64,000 nucleotides of DNA from an uncultured Bacilli bacterium (lineage in GTDB: Bacteria > Bacillota_I > Bacilli_A > RF39 > UBA660), in the NCBI GenBank assembly GCA_963931545.1, contig OZ007025.1, forward strand, positions 137,145-201,144, read 5' to 3'. Both the position numbers and the translations under genes were made by a program. Below, piece by piece: positions 1 through 9,956 of the stretch (positions are counted from its first letter, which is position 1; each line of letters opens with the position of its first letter). The notes under the pieces are model-generated. The model did no database searches. It was not told where the DNA came from and saw only the letters and a program-made list of their open reading frames with translations.

Positions 1-750
1 AAGATGAATAATGTCATTTTGAATTGGGGTTTTATTTTTATTTAAATATTTAACATATTCACTAATACCACCTTCATAATGGAAGGTTTCTCCTGTTGTA
101 TCTTCATCATCACGGTCATCTCTTAAAGTTATTTTCAACCCTTTGTTTAAAAAGGCTAATTCTCTTGTTCTAACTTTTAATGTTTCATAATCGAAAATAT
201 CTGTATCAAAAATATCAGCATCTGGCTTAAAGGTTACTGTTGTTCCCGTTCTATTTGATTCACATTCTCCAACGATAGTTAATTTTTGGTCAATATGTCC
301 ACCATCTTTAAATTTAGCTTCATATATTTTTCCATCATGGTAAACTGTGACGATTGTCCAACTTGATAAGGCATTAACGACAGAAGCACCAACTCCGTGG
401 AGTCCACCAGATACCTTATATCCACCACCACCAAACTTACCACCAGCATGAAGTACAGTATAAACTGTTTCAACGGTTGATAGGCCTGTTTTAGGATGAA
501 CACCAACGGGGATTCCACGTCCGTTATCTTTTACAGTAATAGAATTACCTTTATTAATAACTATTTCAATGGCATTACAATAACCTGCTAGTGCTTCATC
601 AATACTATTATCAACTATTTCCCATACTAGATGATGTAGGCCTTTAACATCAGTTGTTCCAATATACATTCCTGGTCTTTTTCTGACAGCTTCTAAACCT
701 TCTAAGACTTGGATATCGGATACATCATAGTGTTCGTTATTTTCGTTCAT
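1..750 (-). CDS. gyrB: DNA gyrase subunit B, N-terminal ATPase part (gene continues past window start)
   Basis: The reverse-complement translation starts at the ATG at 750 and reads [33 protein letters not shown]...[19 protein letters not shown]...[27 protein letters not shown]. This is the classic GHKL ATPase N-terminus of GyrB. An AGAGGTG ribosome-binding site lies inside the recF 3' end. Confidence 0.9.
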   Translation of the reverse strand, partial: MNENNEHYDVSDIQVLEGLEAVRKRPGMYIGTTDVKGLHHLVWEIVDNSIDEALAGYCNAIEIVINKGNSITVKDNGRGIPVGVHPKTGLSTVETVYTVLHAGGKFGGGGYKVSGGLHGVGASVVNALSSWTIVTVYHDGKIYEAKFKDGGHIDQKLTIVGECESNRTGTTVTFKPDADIFDTDIFDYETLKVRTRELAFLNKGLKITLRDDRDDEDTTGETFHYEGGISEYVKYLNKNKTPIQNDIIHL

Positions 751-752
751 TT

Positions 753-1865
753 TTACACCTCTATTTCCTTTATTTGTCCATTATCTATATGGATAAGTTT
801 AGCCTTGGCTAGGAGTTTTTTATCAATACTATCTAAATCAGTTGTAGTTATTATTACTTGCATATCTTTATCAATATGTTTTAATAGATTGTTTTTCTTT
901 TTATTATCTAAATCACTAAAAACATCATCGAGTAAAATAATTGGACTTGTCTTTTTAAAATCTTTAAATATTTCTATTTCAGATAGTTTTAAGGCTATTA
1001 CAGCCATTTTTTGCTGGCCCTGAGAGCCAAATTCTCTTAAGTTATTGTATTCTAAGTTGAAAGTAAAATCATCTCTATGGGGACCATATAATGTAGATTT
1101 AAGTTTTATTTCTTTTTCTAAGTGATTATTATAAGCATCTTCTAGAGTTTTTCTTATAGTTTCTTTATCAAAATTTTCTAATTCTACTGATGGATTATAT
1201 TTGATATTAAATCCTTTTAAACCTGTTATTTCTTCATAAATTGGTGGACAAATTTTATTTAGTTTTTCCACAAATTTATTTCTCATTTGATAAATAAAGA
1301 TACTTTTATTCACTAGATAATCGGTTAAAATATGAAAATAATTTAAATCAATAGGCATGTTTTGATTTAATTCTTTTAGATATTCATTTCTGATTTTTAA
1401 AAGTTTATTAAAATCAGTTAAGGCACTATAATAATTGATAGATAATTGAGATAGTTCGAGATTAAAATATTTTCTTCTTTCTCCAGGCGAACCTTTAATT
1501 AAATCTAAATCTTCAGAAGAAAAAATTATGACATTCATTTTTTCTATGTAGTCTGTTTGTTTTGTAATGATTTTGTCATCAATTTTTATTTGTTTTTTGG
1601 TTTTAGTCAAAGCTATTTCTAGATTGTAGGGAATATCTTTAATTAATTTACCCTTTACTATTGCTTTTTCTTGACCTGATTTAATTAAATTATCTGAGGT
1701 AAATGTTCGATGAGAGGTAGTAAAACCTAATAGATATATACTTTCTAAAAGATTGGTTTTACCTTGACCATTTTCTCCATAAATAATATTAATTTTATCA
1801 TTTAGGTTTAGATTCAAAGATGTATAGTTTCTAAAATTTTGAACATTTAGCGTTTTTATTATCAT
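753..1865 (-). CDS. recF: DNA replication and repair protein RecF
   Basis: 370-aa ORF with an N-terminal Walker A motif ([14 protein letters not shown]) and a C-terminal SMC-like signature. It sits in the conserved position between dnaN and gyrB. Confidence 0.9.
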   Translation of the reverse strand: MIIKTLNVQNFRNYTSLNLNLNDKINIIYGENGQGKTNLLESIYLLGFTTSHRTFTSDNLIKSGQEKAIVKGKLIKDIPYNLEIALTKTKKQIKIDDKIITKQTDYIEKMNVIIFSSEDLDLIKGSPGERRKYFNLELSQLSINYYSALTDFNKLLKIRNEYLKELNQNMPIDLNYFHILTDYLVNKSIFIYQMRNKFVEKLNKICPPIYEEITGLKGFNIKYNPSVELENFDKETIRKTLEDAYNNHLEKEIKLKSTLYGPHRDDFTFNLEYNNLREFGSQGQQKMAVIALKLSEIEIFKDFKKTSPIILLDDVFSDLDNKKKNNLLKHIDKDMQVIITTTDLDSIDKKLLAKAKLIHIDNGQIKEIEV

Positions 1866-1999
1866 GTTTTACCTCACTACCTATTTTCGTGCTACTAAAT
1901 TTAAAATTATAGTATTCTACATACTCCTATACCTCATAATCATTATACCACAAAATGGGCTTAAAAACGTAAAAATAGACAAAATATAGTCTATTTTTA

Positions 2000-2461
2000 T
2001 TACAATTTTGCTTCATTTTTGCGACTTTTTAAAATTAAAAGTAATTTGGTAGCTCTAAGTATTTGATTTTCAAAAGATTCATATGATACTTGAACTTCTA
2101 TTTTTTGATTATTATCAAATAAAATTTGAACATTATTTCCAATTCTTTTATATTCATTAATATTATTTAAAGCAATCCATGTACAGTTGTTATTTTCATA
2201 AGATGCGGTTGGAAATAAAATTATTTCTCTTGTTTCTTCTATTATTATTGGTAATTTGTATTTACTTCCTAAAGAATATTTTGAACCACTTAATCTTCCT
2301 TTAAAAGAACTACCATAATAAGCACAACTATTTTCGATTATTTTTTGAATTGGTAACATTACAGAAATATTATCTCTTTTTTCAATTACTATTGTTGAAA
2401 AGTCATCTTTTGGTATAAGAGCGCATGTTGAAGCATTAATTTCGTATTCTTCTTTAATCAT
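2000..2461 (-). CDS. ComK-family competence transcription factor-like protein
   Basis: 153-aa ORF. By my recall of B. subtilis ComK, the motifs SCAYYGSSFKGRLSGS, KLPIIIEETREIILFPTAS and VSYESFENQILRATKLL align with ComK SCRFFGSSYAGRKAGT, KPPIMVDPSNQIFLFPTLS and ISYNSFENQVYRTAWL. Confidence 0.55.
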   Translation of the reverse strand: MIKEEYEINASTCALIPKDDFSTIVIEKRDNISVMLPIQKIIENSCAYYGSSFKGRLSGSKYSLGSKYKLPIIIEETREIILFPTASYENNNCTWIALNNINEYKRIGNNVQILFDNNQKIEVQVSYESFENQILRATKLLLILKSRKNEAKL

Positions 2462-2566
2462 AAATCCTCCTTTGTCTTTTTAAAGACAACTCTCTTATAC
2501 TCATTTATTTGGTCGAATTTTGTTTATTCTTGTCGATATAGGTAATTTTTTTAAAAAAAGAACTTT

Positions 2567-3688
2567 TTAATAAGTTCTTATTGGTAATATTAGCTGTATT
2601 AAATCATCCGATTCTATATTTTTTAAAATTATTGGTTTAATTTCTCCATTGAACATTAGTTCTATTTCTTCTGATTCTAAAGCTTTTATTGATTCCATCA
2701 TGAATTTTGAGTTAAAAGCTATTTTTATTTCACTATTATTATTTTTTTCCACAGTTATTTTTTCTTCTACATTTCCTATTTCTGGAATATTTGAAGATAT
2801 AATAGCTTCATTATTATTTGTTTCAAATTTTATTGTGTTTTTATCACTTTCGTTTGTTAATAGTGAAGCTCTATCAATAGCACTATATAAATCATCATAT
2901 TTTACTTTTAGCGTTAATTCATAGGTTTCTGGTATTAATTTTGAAGTATCAGGATACGTTCCACTAATTAATCTTGTCATCATATTTATTTGGCCAAATT
3001 TAAATACTACTTTATTAGCAAATATATGCATTTCTAGGTTTTCTTCATCATTATTTAATAGTTTTACTAATTCATTTAAATTTTTAGTTGGAATAATGAT
3101 ATTAGAGTTTTCCACAGCATTATTTTCTAGAGTTATTTTTTTTACAGCTAATCTATAAGAATCTGTTGCGGTACATTCTAAAGTATTTCCTTCTATTTTA
3201 AAGTTTATACCTGTTAATACTGGTCTTGTTTCACTAGTACTTGTAGCAAATGAAGTTTGACTTATAATTGTTTTAAATAGTTTTTGATTTAAGATAATAG
3301 GATTTTGATTAAATTCTAAGTCTAAATCTGGAAATTCATTTACATTACTACAATTTAGAGTAAATGATGAATTATTTGTTGTAATATATAATTTTGAATC
3401 AATTACTTCTTCAAGATTTATCATTTCATTTGGTAGTTTTCTAATTATTTCATGAATATATCTTCCTGAGACTACAATTTCTCCTAATGTATCTATTTTT
3501 TCGATATTTTTTTTATCTATAAATGTTTTTATTGATATTTCACTATCTGTACTCATTAAATATAAGCCTTCATCAGTTAATTCAAATTTTATACAATTTA
3601 AAATTGGTCTTAAGTTTTTTGTTGATATTCCTCTTATTACATAGTTTAAATGTTCTAAGAGAATGTCTTGTTTAATTTCTAATTTCAT
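2567..3688 (-). CDS. dnaN: DNA polymerase III beta sliding clamp
   Basis: 373-aa ORF immediately downstream of dnaA, with the typical beta-clamp length and three-domain pattern. Confidence 0.9.
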   Translation of the reverse strand: MKLEIKQDILLEHLNYVIRGISTKNLRPILNCIKFELTDEGLYLMSTDSEISIKTFIDKKNIEKIDTLGEIVVSGRYIHEIIRKLPNEMINLEEVIDSKLYITTNNSSFTLNCSNVNEFPDLDLEFNQNPIILNQKLFKTIISQTSFATSTSETRPVLTGINFKIEGNTLECTATDSYRLAVKKITLENNAVENSNIIIPTKNLNELVKLLNNDEENLEMHIFANKVVFKFGQINMMTRLISGTYPDTSKLIPETYELTLKVKYDDLYSAIDRASLLTNESDKNTIKFETNNNEAIISSNIPEIGNVEEKITVEKNNNSEIKIAFNSKFMMESIKALESEEIELMFNGEIKPIILKNIESDDLIQLILPIRTY

Positions 3689-3825
3689 AAATTATTCCTC
3701 CTTTATTATTAATTTAAATTATTTTTTATTATTGATGTGGATAAGTGTGGAAAAGTATAACTTTACACTGAAAAATATAGTTATTTTACATGTGGATAAA
3801 ATGTTTATAAGTTTATTATTTTTCA
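3689..3825. promoter_or_regulatory. oriC DnaA-box cluster in the dnaA-dnaN intergenic region
   Basis: The plus strand carries TGTGGATAA at 3736-3744 and 3791-3799 and TGTGGAAAA at 3746-3754. These are TTATCCACA-type DnaA boxes on the dnaA strand, set in AT-rich DNA. Confidence 0.7.
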
Positions 3826-5169
3826 CTATTTAATTTGATTGATTATTTTTGATATTTCTACTTCTAAATTTTTATCTTTTTTTAATTCTCTTTTTATCTT
3901 AGCAACTGAGTGCATTACTGTTGTATGGTCTTTTCCACCAAATTCACTTCCTATTTTTGGTAGAGATTCTTTTAAATGAATTCTACATATATACATGCCT
4001 ATTTGTCTTGGTACGGCTATTTTAGATAATCTTTTTTTAGATTTTATATCTTCAACTGTAATATTATAATTGTTTGCAACTAACTGTATTACTTGGTCTA
4101 TTTTATTTCTTGAGATAATGTTTTTTCCTATATAGTCTTTTAAGGCTTCTACGGCTAGTTCTAGTGTTATTTCAGAGCCATTCATTATAGTAGCATATGC
4201 GAAGACTCTAGTCAAAGCACCTTCTAGTTTTCTTATGTCGGTTGTGCAGTTATTGGCAATATATTCTTTAACTTCTTCTGGCACGAAGCTACCAATCCCT
4301 TGTGCCTCTATTTTTTTATCTAATATTGCCATTCTAAGTTTAAAGTCAGGTGGTAATATGTCGATGGTTAATCCCCAGTTAAATCTTGTTCTTAATCTAT
4401 CTTCTAATTTTTTTAAGTCATCTGGTGATCTATCAGATGATATGATTATTTGTTTATTTTGTGTGTGTAATTCATTAAATGTGTTGAAAAATTCTTGCTG
4501 AGTCTTACTTGCTATTTCCAAATATTGAATATCATCTATCATTAAGACATCTATATCTCTATATTTTCTTTTAAATTTATCTACAGCTTTGAAATTACTT
4601 GTTTCACTTTTTCTATATATGTTTAAAAAATCATCGACAAATTTTTCACTAGTTACATATAATACTTTTTTGTTTGATGTTGCCATGATATAATTTCCTA
4701 TTGCATGCATAAGGTGAGTTTTACCTAAACCGCTACTACCGTATATAAATAGTGGATTATACATTGCACCTGGTTTTTCAGCAACAGCCAAACCTATGGC
4801 TTTTGCAAATTTATTACTTTCACCAGATATAAAGTTATCAAAGGTGTATTTGCTATCAAGGCCACTTTCAAATATAGCTTCATTATTGTTTTCTACTTTA
4901 GTTTGGGGTTTATCTTCAGTTATTTCATCTGGTGTGACATATTTGAATTTAAAGATAGAACCAGTAACTTCCATAAATGTTTCTTTAATTATTTCTCCAT
5001 AGTTTTCTCTTAAATGTTTTTTATGGACATCTAGTGGTACTTCTACTATGGCATATTCATTATTTAGGTCAATTAGTTTTGTGTCTTGAAACCATGTTTG
5101 AAATAAAACTGGTTTTAATTTTATTTCAATTTTGGATAAAAAAACGGACCACATATTTTCTAAATCCAT
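3826..5169 (-). CDS. dnaA: Chromosomal replication initiator protein DnaA
   Basis: 447-aa ORF with the AAA+ Walker A motif GSSGLGKTHL and a C-terminal DNA-binding domain. It is flanked by DnaA boxes. Confidence 0.95.
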   Translation of the reverse strand: MDLENMWSVFLSKIEIKLKPVLFQTWFQDTKLIDLNNEYAIVEVPLDVHKKHLRENYGEIIKETFMEVTGSIFKFKYVTPDEITEDKPQTKVENNNEAIFESGLDSKYTFDNFISGESNKFAKAIGLAVAEKPGAMYNPLFIYGSSGLGKTHLMHAIGNYIMATSNKKVLYVTSEKFVDDFLNIYRKSETSNFKAVDKFKRKYRDIDVLMIDDIQYLEIASKTQQEFFNTFNELHTQNKQIIISSDRSPDDLKKLEDRLRTRFNWGLTIDILPPDFKLRMAILDKKIEAQGIGSFVPEEVKEYIANNCTTDIRKLEGALTRVFAYATIMNGSEITLELAVEALKDYIGKNIISRNKIDQVIQLVANNYNITVEDIKSKKRLSKIAVPRQIGMYICRIHLKESLPKIGSEFGGKDHTTVMHSVAKIKRELKKDKNLEVEISKIINQIK

Positions 5170-5530
5170 ACTACTACCCCCGTTATAAATAATCTATAAA
5201 CATTTTACAATAAATTTACATAATTTTCTATAAAAACTGTGGAAAAAAATCGAAAAAAGTTATTAACAGTCTATAAATGTCGAATTTTAGTACTTTATGT
5301 AACGTTTCCACATAAATTGTGGATAATTATTTTTGCACATTTGTGCATAATTTATTTTTTTACACAAATGTTGAAAAATAGAAAAATTGGTTTATAATAT
5401 ATGGAAATTTTATGTGGATATTTAAAGTGAATAATTTTAAAAAAAATTTACTGTGGAAAACTTGAACGTTGATTTTTTGCTTATTTTTTGATATAATTAT
5501 GGCAATTTTTTAACAAAAATTTTGTTATTA
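5170..5530. promoter_or_regulatory. oriC upstream DnaA-box cluster and AT-rich unwinding region
   Basis: DnaA-box matches: TGTGGAAAA at about 5238-5246, TTTCCACAT at about 5305-5313, TGTGGATAA at 5318-5326, TGTGGATAT at 5413-5421 and TGTGGAAAA at 5452-5460. Long A/T tracts lie between them. Confidence 0.7.
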
Positions 5531-5531
5531 A

Positions 5532-5560
5532 TTGACAAAGTTGTTTTTTATCTATATAAT
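5532..5560 (+). promoter_or_regulatory. Consensus sigma-A promoter of the rpmH-rnpA operon
   Basis: TTGACA at 5532-5537, a 17-nt spacer, then TATAAT at 5555-5560, about 40 nt upstream of the rpmH start codon. Confidence 0.7.
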
Positions 5561-5599
5561 TTATAAAGCGATGTGAATTGAATTTAGGAGGTGTAATAG

Positions 5600-5725
5600 A
5601 TGTCTAAAAGAACATTTCAACCAAACACTCGTAAGAGAAGTAAGAAAATGGGATTTTTTGCGCGTATGAAAGCTGGTATTGTAAGTAGAAGAAGAAAAAA
5701 AGGCCGCAAGGTATTATCTCATTAA
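5600..5725 (+). CDS. rpmH: 50S ribosomal protein L34
   Basis: 41-codon [44 protein letters not shown] with a GGAGG ribosome-binding site. It falls below the ORF-track length cutoff. Confidence 0.9.
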   Translation: MSKRTFQPNTRKRSKKMGFFARMKAGIVSRRRKKGRKVLSH

Positions 5726-5728
5726 TTT

Positions 5729-5756
5729 GCCACTGCTGGCGAGCAGTGGCTTTATT
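5729..5756 (+). terminator. GC-rich stem-loop between rpmH and rnpA (partial terminator or processing site)
   Basis: GCCACTGCT-GGCG-AGCAGTGGC forms a 9-bp stem, followed by TTTATT. Confidence 0.5.
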
Positions 5757-5774
5757 AGTAGTTTAGGAGAGTTT

Positions 5775-6119
5775 ATGAAGAAAATTAATATTGTCAAGGA
5801 AAATCGTGATTATAATAGAATTATTGAAAAAAATAAACCTTTTAGGTATAAGGATTATATTATATATATAGATAAAAGGGAATCTTCTATTTATAAGTTT
5901 GGTTTTTCGGTAGGTAAAAAAATTGGAAATGCGGTTGTTCGTAATAAAGTTAAAAGACAAATTAAGGAAATTGTTTCACAAAATGACTATAAAAATGATT
6001 TTGATTGTATTATAATAGTTGGTAAAGGTATTTTAAATAGAAGTTTTAGTGAGATGAGTCAAGATTTGAATTTTGCTTTACGAAAACTTAATTTAGTAAA
6101 GGAGCGAAAAGATGCATAA
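5775..6119 (+). CDS. rnpA: Ribonuclease P protein component
   Basis: The protein starts MKKINIVKENRDYNRII and contains the GFSVGKKIGNAVVRNKVKRQIKE RNase P motif, immediately after rpmH. The ORF-track start at 5727 lies upstream of the GGAGAG ribosome-binding site. Confidence 0.85.
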   Translation: MKKINIVKENRDYNRIIEKNKPFRYKDYIIYIDKRESSIYKFGFSVGKKIGNAVVRNKVKRQIKEIVSQNDYKNDFDCIIIVGKGILNRSFSEMSQDLNFALRKLNLVKERKDA

Positions 6120-7125
6120 AAAAATTGGATTATTTTTATTGATAGGTGTTTTATCTTTATCTCTTACTGGATGTACTGAATATGTTAAGAATAAAGATGG
6201 TAATCCTGTGAAGGAAGCAACTACTGGACAAACACTTGCTTCAAATATACTTTGTAAGCCAACTAATAAAGATGTTATTAAAACTTATAAGAAAAACAAG
6301 GTAGATATTGAAGATTTGCCAAAATGTGAAAATTTTACTCCAGCTTCTGGAGAATATGGTGGAATTTGGGAAACTATTTTTATTAAACCTTTAAGTTGGT
6401 TTATTATTAAGGTTGGAGAAATTCTTAGTAATTATGGTTTAGCTATTATTGTTGTTACTTTGATTATTCGTTTAATTATTTTTCCTATTAGTAAAAAATC
6501 GGCTTTACAGTCTGAAAATATGAAGTTTGCTCAAAAGGATTTAGAGAGGTTAGAGCGTAAATACCGTGGACGTGAAAGTCAAGAAGACCAAATGATGAAA
6601 GCTCAAGAGATGATGGGAATTTATAAAAAATATGATATTAATCCAATGTCGGGTTGTTTATTTGCTTTTATTCAAATGCCATTATTCTTTGCTTTCTTAG
6701 AGAGTTTGAATAGACTTCCTATTGTCTTTGAAGGTAAATTTTTAGGATTTAATTTAGGAATGAGTCCATTTGTTAAGTTATTTGGTGGAAATTTTGATTT
6801 TTCAGTATTTATGGATAGTTTTACTAATGGTGGATGGATTTATTTATTACTTCCAATATTAGTTGCTTTAACAACATTCTTTTCATTTAGATTAAATTCT
6901 GGTGTTAGTAGTGGTAATGAAGAACAGATGCATCAGATGAAGGTTATTATGAATGTAATGCTTGTATTTATTGTAATTACTTCATTTACAATGCCAACAA
7001 GTATTATTATATATTGGATAACTGGTAGTTTATTTACTATTATTCAAGCTGAAGTGATTAGGAGGATGAAGGAAAATGTTAAAGGTGGTACAAAAAGAAT
7101 CAAAAAACAAAGAAGAAGCGCTTAA
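6112..7125 (+). CDS. yidC: Membrane protein insertase YidC/OxaA family (lipoprotein type)
   Basis: An N-terminal lipobox (LSLTGC) precedes a multi-TM 60-kDa insertase core. Its position after rnpA is conserved. Confidence 0.9.
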   Translation: MHKKIGLFLLIGVLSLSLTGCTEYVKNKDGNPVKEATTGQTLASNILCKPTNKDVIKTYKKNKVDIEDLPKCENFTPASGEYGGIWETIFIKPLSWFIIKVGEILSNYGLAIIVVTLIIRLIIFPISKKSALQSENMKFAQKDLERLERKYRGRESQEDQMMKAQEMMGIYKKYDINPMSGCLFAFIQMPLFFAFLESLNRLPIVFEGKFLGFNLGMSPFVKLFGGNFDFSVFMDSFTNGGWIYLLLPILVALTTFFSFRLNSGVSSGNEEQMHQMKVIMNVMLVFIVITSFTMPTSIIIYWITGSLFTIIQAEVIRRMKENVKGGTKRIKKQRRSA

Positions 7126-7690
7126 TAAGTGTTTAGAAGAATTGAATGTTAATTCTAGCGAGGTTTACTTTTATATAGAAGAAAGTGCTTCTGGACTTTT
7201 TGGTAAGAAGAAATATACAGCTTATGTGGTAACTAAATATGATGTTAAAGAGTTTGTTAGGAAATTTTTAAATAACTTAGCTAATAATATGAATATTTCA
7301 TTTAATATTGAAGTTAATGAAAAAGATGGTGTTATTTCAGCAATTATTGTTACTGATGATAGTGCAATATTGATTGGTAAAGAAGGTAAGACATTAAATT
7401 CTATTCAAACTATATTGAGACAATCTTTGAGAAAATATGGTAATTTTGATATTAAGGTTAATTTAGATATTTCAGGTTATAAGTTAAAAAGGGAGAAAAA
7501 TATTGAAAGAGAAGTTAGAAAACTTGCGAAAGATGTTTTGAAGACTAAAATAGAAGCTAAGTTAGACCCAATGAATTCTTATGAAAGAAGAATTGTTCAT
7601 AATCTCATTGCTTCTTATGATGGTTTAACTACTCAAAGTGAAGGAGAAGCTCCTAATAGATATGTAGTTATTAAGATTAAAGAAGATTAA
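7076..7690 (+). CDS. jag: Jag/KhpB RNA-binding protein (KH and R3H domains)
   Basis: The C-terminal R3H motif is YERRIVHNLIASYDGLTTQSEGEAPNRYVVI. The gene sits in the conserved position after yidC. Confidence 0.8.
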   Translation: MLKVVQKESKNKEEALNKCLEELNVNSSEVYFYIEESASGLFGKKKYTAYVVTKYDVKEFVRKFLNNLANNMNISFNIEVNEKDGVISAIIVTDDSAILIGKEGKTLNSIQTILRQSLRKYGNFDIKVNLDISGYKLKREKNIEREVRKLAKDVLKTKIEAKLDPMNSYERRIVHNLIASYDGLTTQSEGEAPNRYVVIKIKED

Positions 7691-7859
7691 GTTCTTCTTT
7701 TTTTATTAAATAGTGAAAATTATATACAAATTATATTTTATATAATTTAATGTTAATATGTATTATATGTCATTAAAGTGTTAAGAAGATTAATTTCTTC
7801 TTTTTGTGTGTTTAAATACATTTATCAATGTGATATTATTTAAAATAGGGTGGTGTGCT

Positions 7860-9341
7860 ATGAAAAAAGGTTTTAATAATGAAAAGTATGTTGAAATTCA
7901 AAGTAAGAAAATAAAAGAAAAAATAAAAAAGTTTGATAAACTATATTTAGAGTTTGGTGGTAAATTATTTGATGATTATCATGCATCTAGGGTTTTGCCT
8001 GGTTTTGAACCTGATTCTAAGATTAAAATGTTACTTGAATTAAAAGATATTACTGAAATAATTATATGTATTAATGCTAAAGATATTGAAAGAAAAAAAA
8101 TACGTGCTGATTATGGTATTACTTATGATATGGAAGTTTTGAGATTAATTGACGAATTTCAAAATTTAGGTTTATCTGTTAATAGTGTTGTTATTACTTT
8201 ATATACTGGTAAAGAGAGTTCTAAGAAATTTATTAATCAGTTAGAAAAAAGAAATATTAAAACTTATGTACATACGCCTACTAAAGGTTATCCAACTGAT
8301 GTGGATGTAATTGTTTCTGATGAGGGATATGGCGCTAATCCATATATTAAGACTACTAAAAAATTGGTTGTTGTTACTGCTCCTGGTCCTTCTAGTGGTA
8401 AGTTAGCTACTTGTTTATCTCAACTTTATCATGAATATAAAAGAGGTGTTAAAGCTGGATATGCAAAATATGAAACTTTTCCTGTTTGGAATTTACCTTT
8501 AAAACATCCTGTTAATGTTGCTTATGAAGCGGCTACTGCTGATTTAAAGGATGTTAATATGATAGATTCATTTCATTTAGAAAAATATGGTATTACTTCT
8601 GTTAATTATAATAGAGATTTAGCTGTTTTTCCTGTTTTAAAGTCTATTTTGCACAAAATAACTGGTGAGGATATTTATTATTCTCCTACTGATATGGGTG
8701 TTAATATGATAGGTTCTTGTATTGACGATGATGAGGCTATATGTGCGGCTAGTAGGCAGGAGATTATTAGAAGATATTATAAGGCTTTATGTGATTATAA
8801 AACTGGAGATGCTGATGAAGAGGTTTATAAAAGAATTAAAGTTTTAATGAATGAACTTGAAATTAATCCTTTAAAAGAAAGAAAAGTAATTGATGTTGCT
8901 AGAGATAAAAGTAGTAATGAAGATTTACCTGTTATTGCTATGGAACTAGCTAATGGTAAAATTATTACTGGTAAGAAAACTGAAATATTGAGTCCTGCTA
9001 GTAGTTTGATTTTAAATGCAGTTAAAGAGTTGACTAAAATTCCTGATGATGTTGATTTACTTTCTAAATCTGTTTTAGAACCTATTTTAAAACTTAAACC
9101 TTTAGGTAATCATACTTCTAACTCTTTAAATTTGGAAGAAGTTTTAATTGCTCTCAGTATTTGTTCAGCTACTAATCCTATTGTTAAAAGGGCTTTGAAA
9201 AATTTGAATAAATTATCTGGATTAGAAGCTCATGCATCTTTTATGGTTTATAATGGTGATTTAAATACTTTAAAAAGACTTAATATTAATTTAACTTGTG
9301 ATCCTATATTTTATTCTAATAATTTATTTATGAGTGAATAA
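7860..9341 (+). CDS. UPF0371/DUF1846 family protein
   Basis: The N-terminal block KLYLEFGGKLFDDYHASRVLPGFEPDSKIKMLLELKD matches the conserved start of UPF0371 proteins of Firmicutes. The start was chosen at the ATG at 7860, in frame with ORF 7806, which has a GGGTGG ribosome-binding site. Confidence 0.75.
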   Translation: MKKGFNNEKYVEIQSKKIKEKIKKFDKLYLEFGGKLFDDYHASRVLPGFEPDSKIKMLLELKDITEIIICINAKDIERKKIRADYGITYDMEVLRLIDEFQNLGLSVNSVVITLYTGKESSKKFINQLEKRNIKTYVHTPTKGYPTDVDVIVSDEGYGANPYIKTTKKLVVVTAPGPSSGKLATCLSQLYHEYKRGVKAGYAKYETFPVWNLPLKHPVNVAYEAATADLKDVNMIDSFHLEKYGITSVNYNRDLAVFPVLKSILHKITGEDIYYSPTDMGVNMIGSCIDDDEAICAASRQEIIRRYYKALCDYKTGDADEEVYKRIKVLMNELEINPLKERKVIDVARDKSSNEDLPVIAMELANGKIITGKKTEILSPASSLILNAVKELTKIPDDVDLLSKSVLEPILKLKPLGNHTSNSLNLEEVLIALSICSATNPIVKRALKNLNKLSGLEAHASFMVYNGDLNTLKRLNINLTCDPIFYSNNLFMSE

Positions 9342-9402
9342 GACGGTAATTTGTTTATCGTTTTATTTGTGTTATAATATTTTAGAAGAAAAGGAGCTAA
9401 TT

Positions 9403-9948
9403 ATGCGTAAAAAAGATATAACAAAAGAATTGGTTAATGATAAGGAATATTTGGATATTGTTGCTCCAATTTTGGATTCTAAAGAATTTTTAAAAAGAAA
9501 AGAATGGAAACATCATGAAAATTGTTCTCTTTATGAACATTGTTTAATTGTTTCTTATTTATCTTATAAAATTTGTAAAAAAAGAAATTGGAATTATAAG
9601 GATGCGGCTATTGGTGGTTTACTTCATGATTTTTATACTAAACCTTGGCAAGATAATCTGCATAAAAAAGTTTCATTTTTTAAACAACACGGTTTTGTTC
9701 ATGCACATGAGGCAATGGAAAATGCTTATAAATATTTTCCAGAACTTATGAATGAAAGGATTGCTAATATAATTGAAAGACATATGTTTCCGCTTAATAT
9801 TATACCTCCTAAATATAAAGAGGGGTGGGTTGTAACTTATGCGGATAAAAAACTTTCGATGGATGTTGTTGTTAACATTAAGGCTTTACCTAAATATTTG
9901 GGGTTAGCTAGAATTTTTTATAAAATTAAATTATTTTTTAAAAGGTAG
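9403..9948 (+). CDS. HD domain phosphohydrolase
   Basis: The HD motif is GGLLHDFY...HAHEA. The start was chosen at 9403 after an AAGGAG ribosome-binding site. Confidence 0.7.
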   Translation: MRKKDITKELVNDKEYLDIVAPILDSKEFLKRKEWKHHENCSLYEHCLIVSYLSYKICKKRNWNYKDAAIGGLLHDFYTKPWQDNLHKKVSFFKQHGFVHAHEAMENAYKYFPELMNERIANIIERHMFPLNIIPPKYKEGWVVTYADKKLSMDVVVNIKALPKYLGLARIFYKIKLFFKR

Positions 9949-9956
9949 GTGATATT

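Noticed and set aside
279-518. 79-aa minus-strand ORF
   Set aside because: Alternative frame inside gyrB; the real gyrB frame is the one giving the GHKL ATPase motifs.
709-1023. 104-aa plus-strand ORF
   Set aside because: Lies antisense within the gyrB/recF coding region. It is hydrophobic and low-complexity, typical of a spurious AT-rich antisense frame.
2649-2924. 91-aa plus-strand ORF
   Set aside because: Antisense to dnaN.
4235-5002. Two plus-strand ORFs (88 and 68 aa)
   Set aside because: Antisense to dnaA.
5763-5960. 65-aa minus-strand ORF
   Set aside because: Antisense to rnpA.
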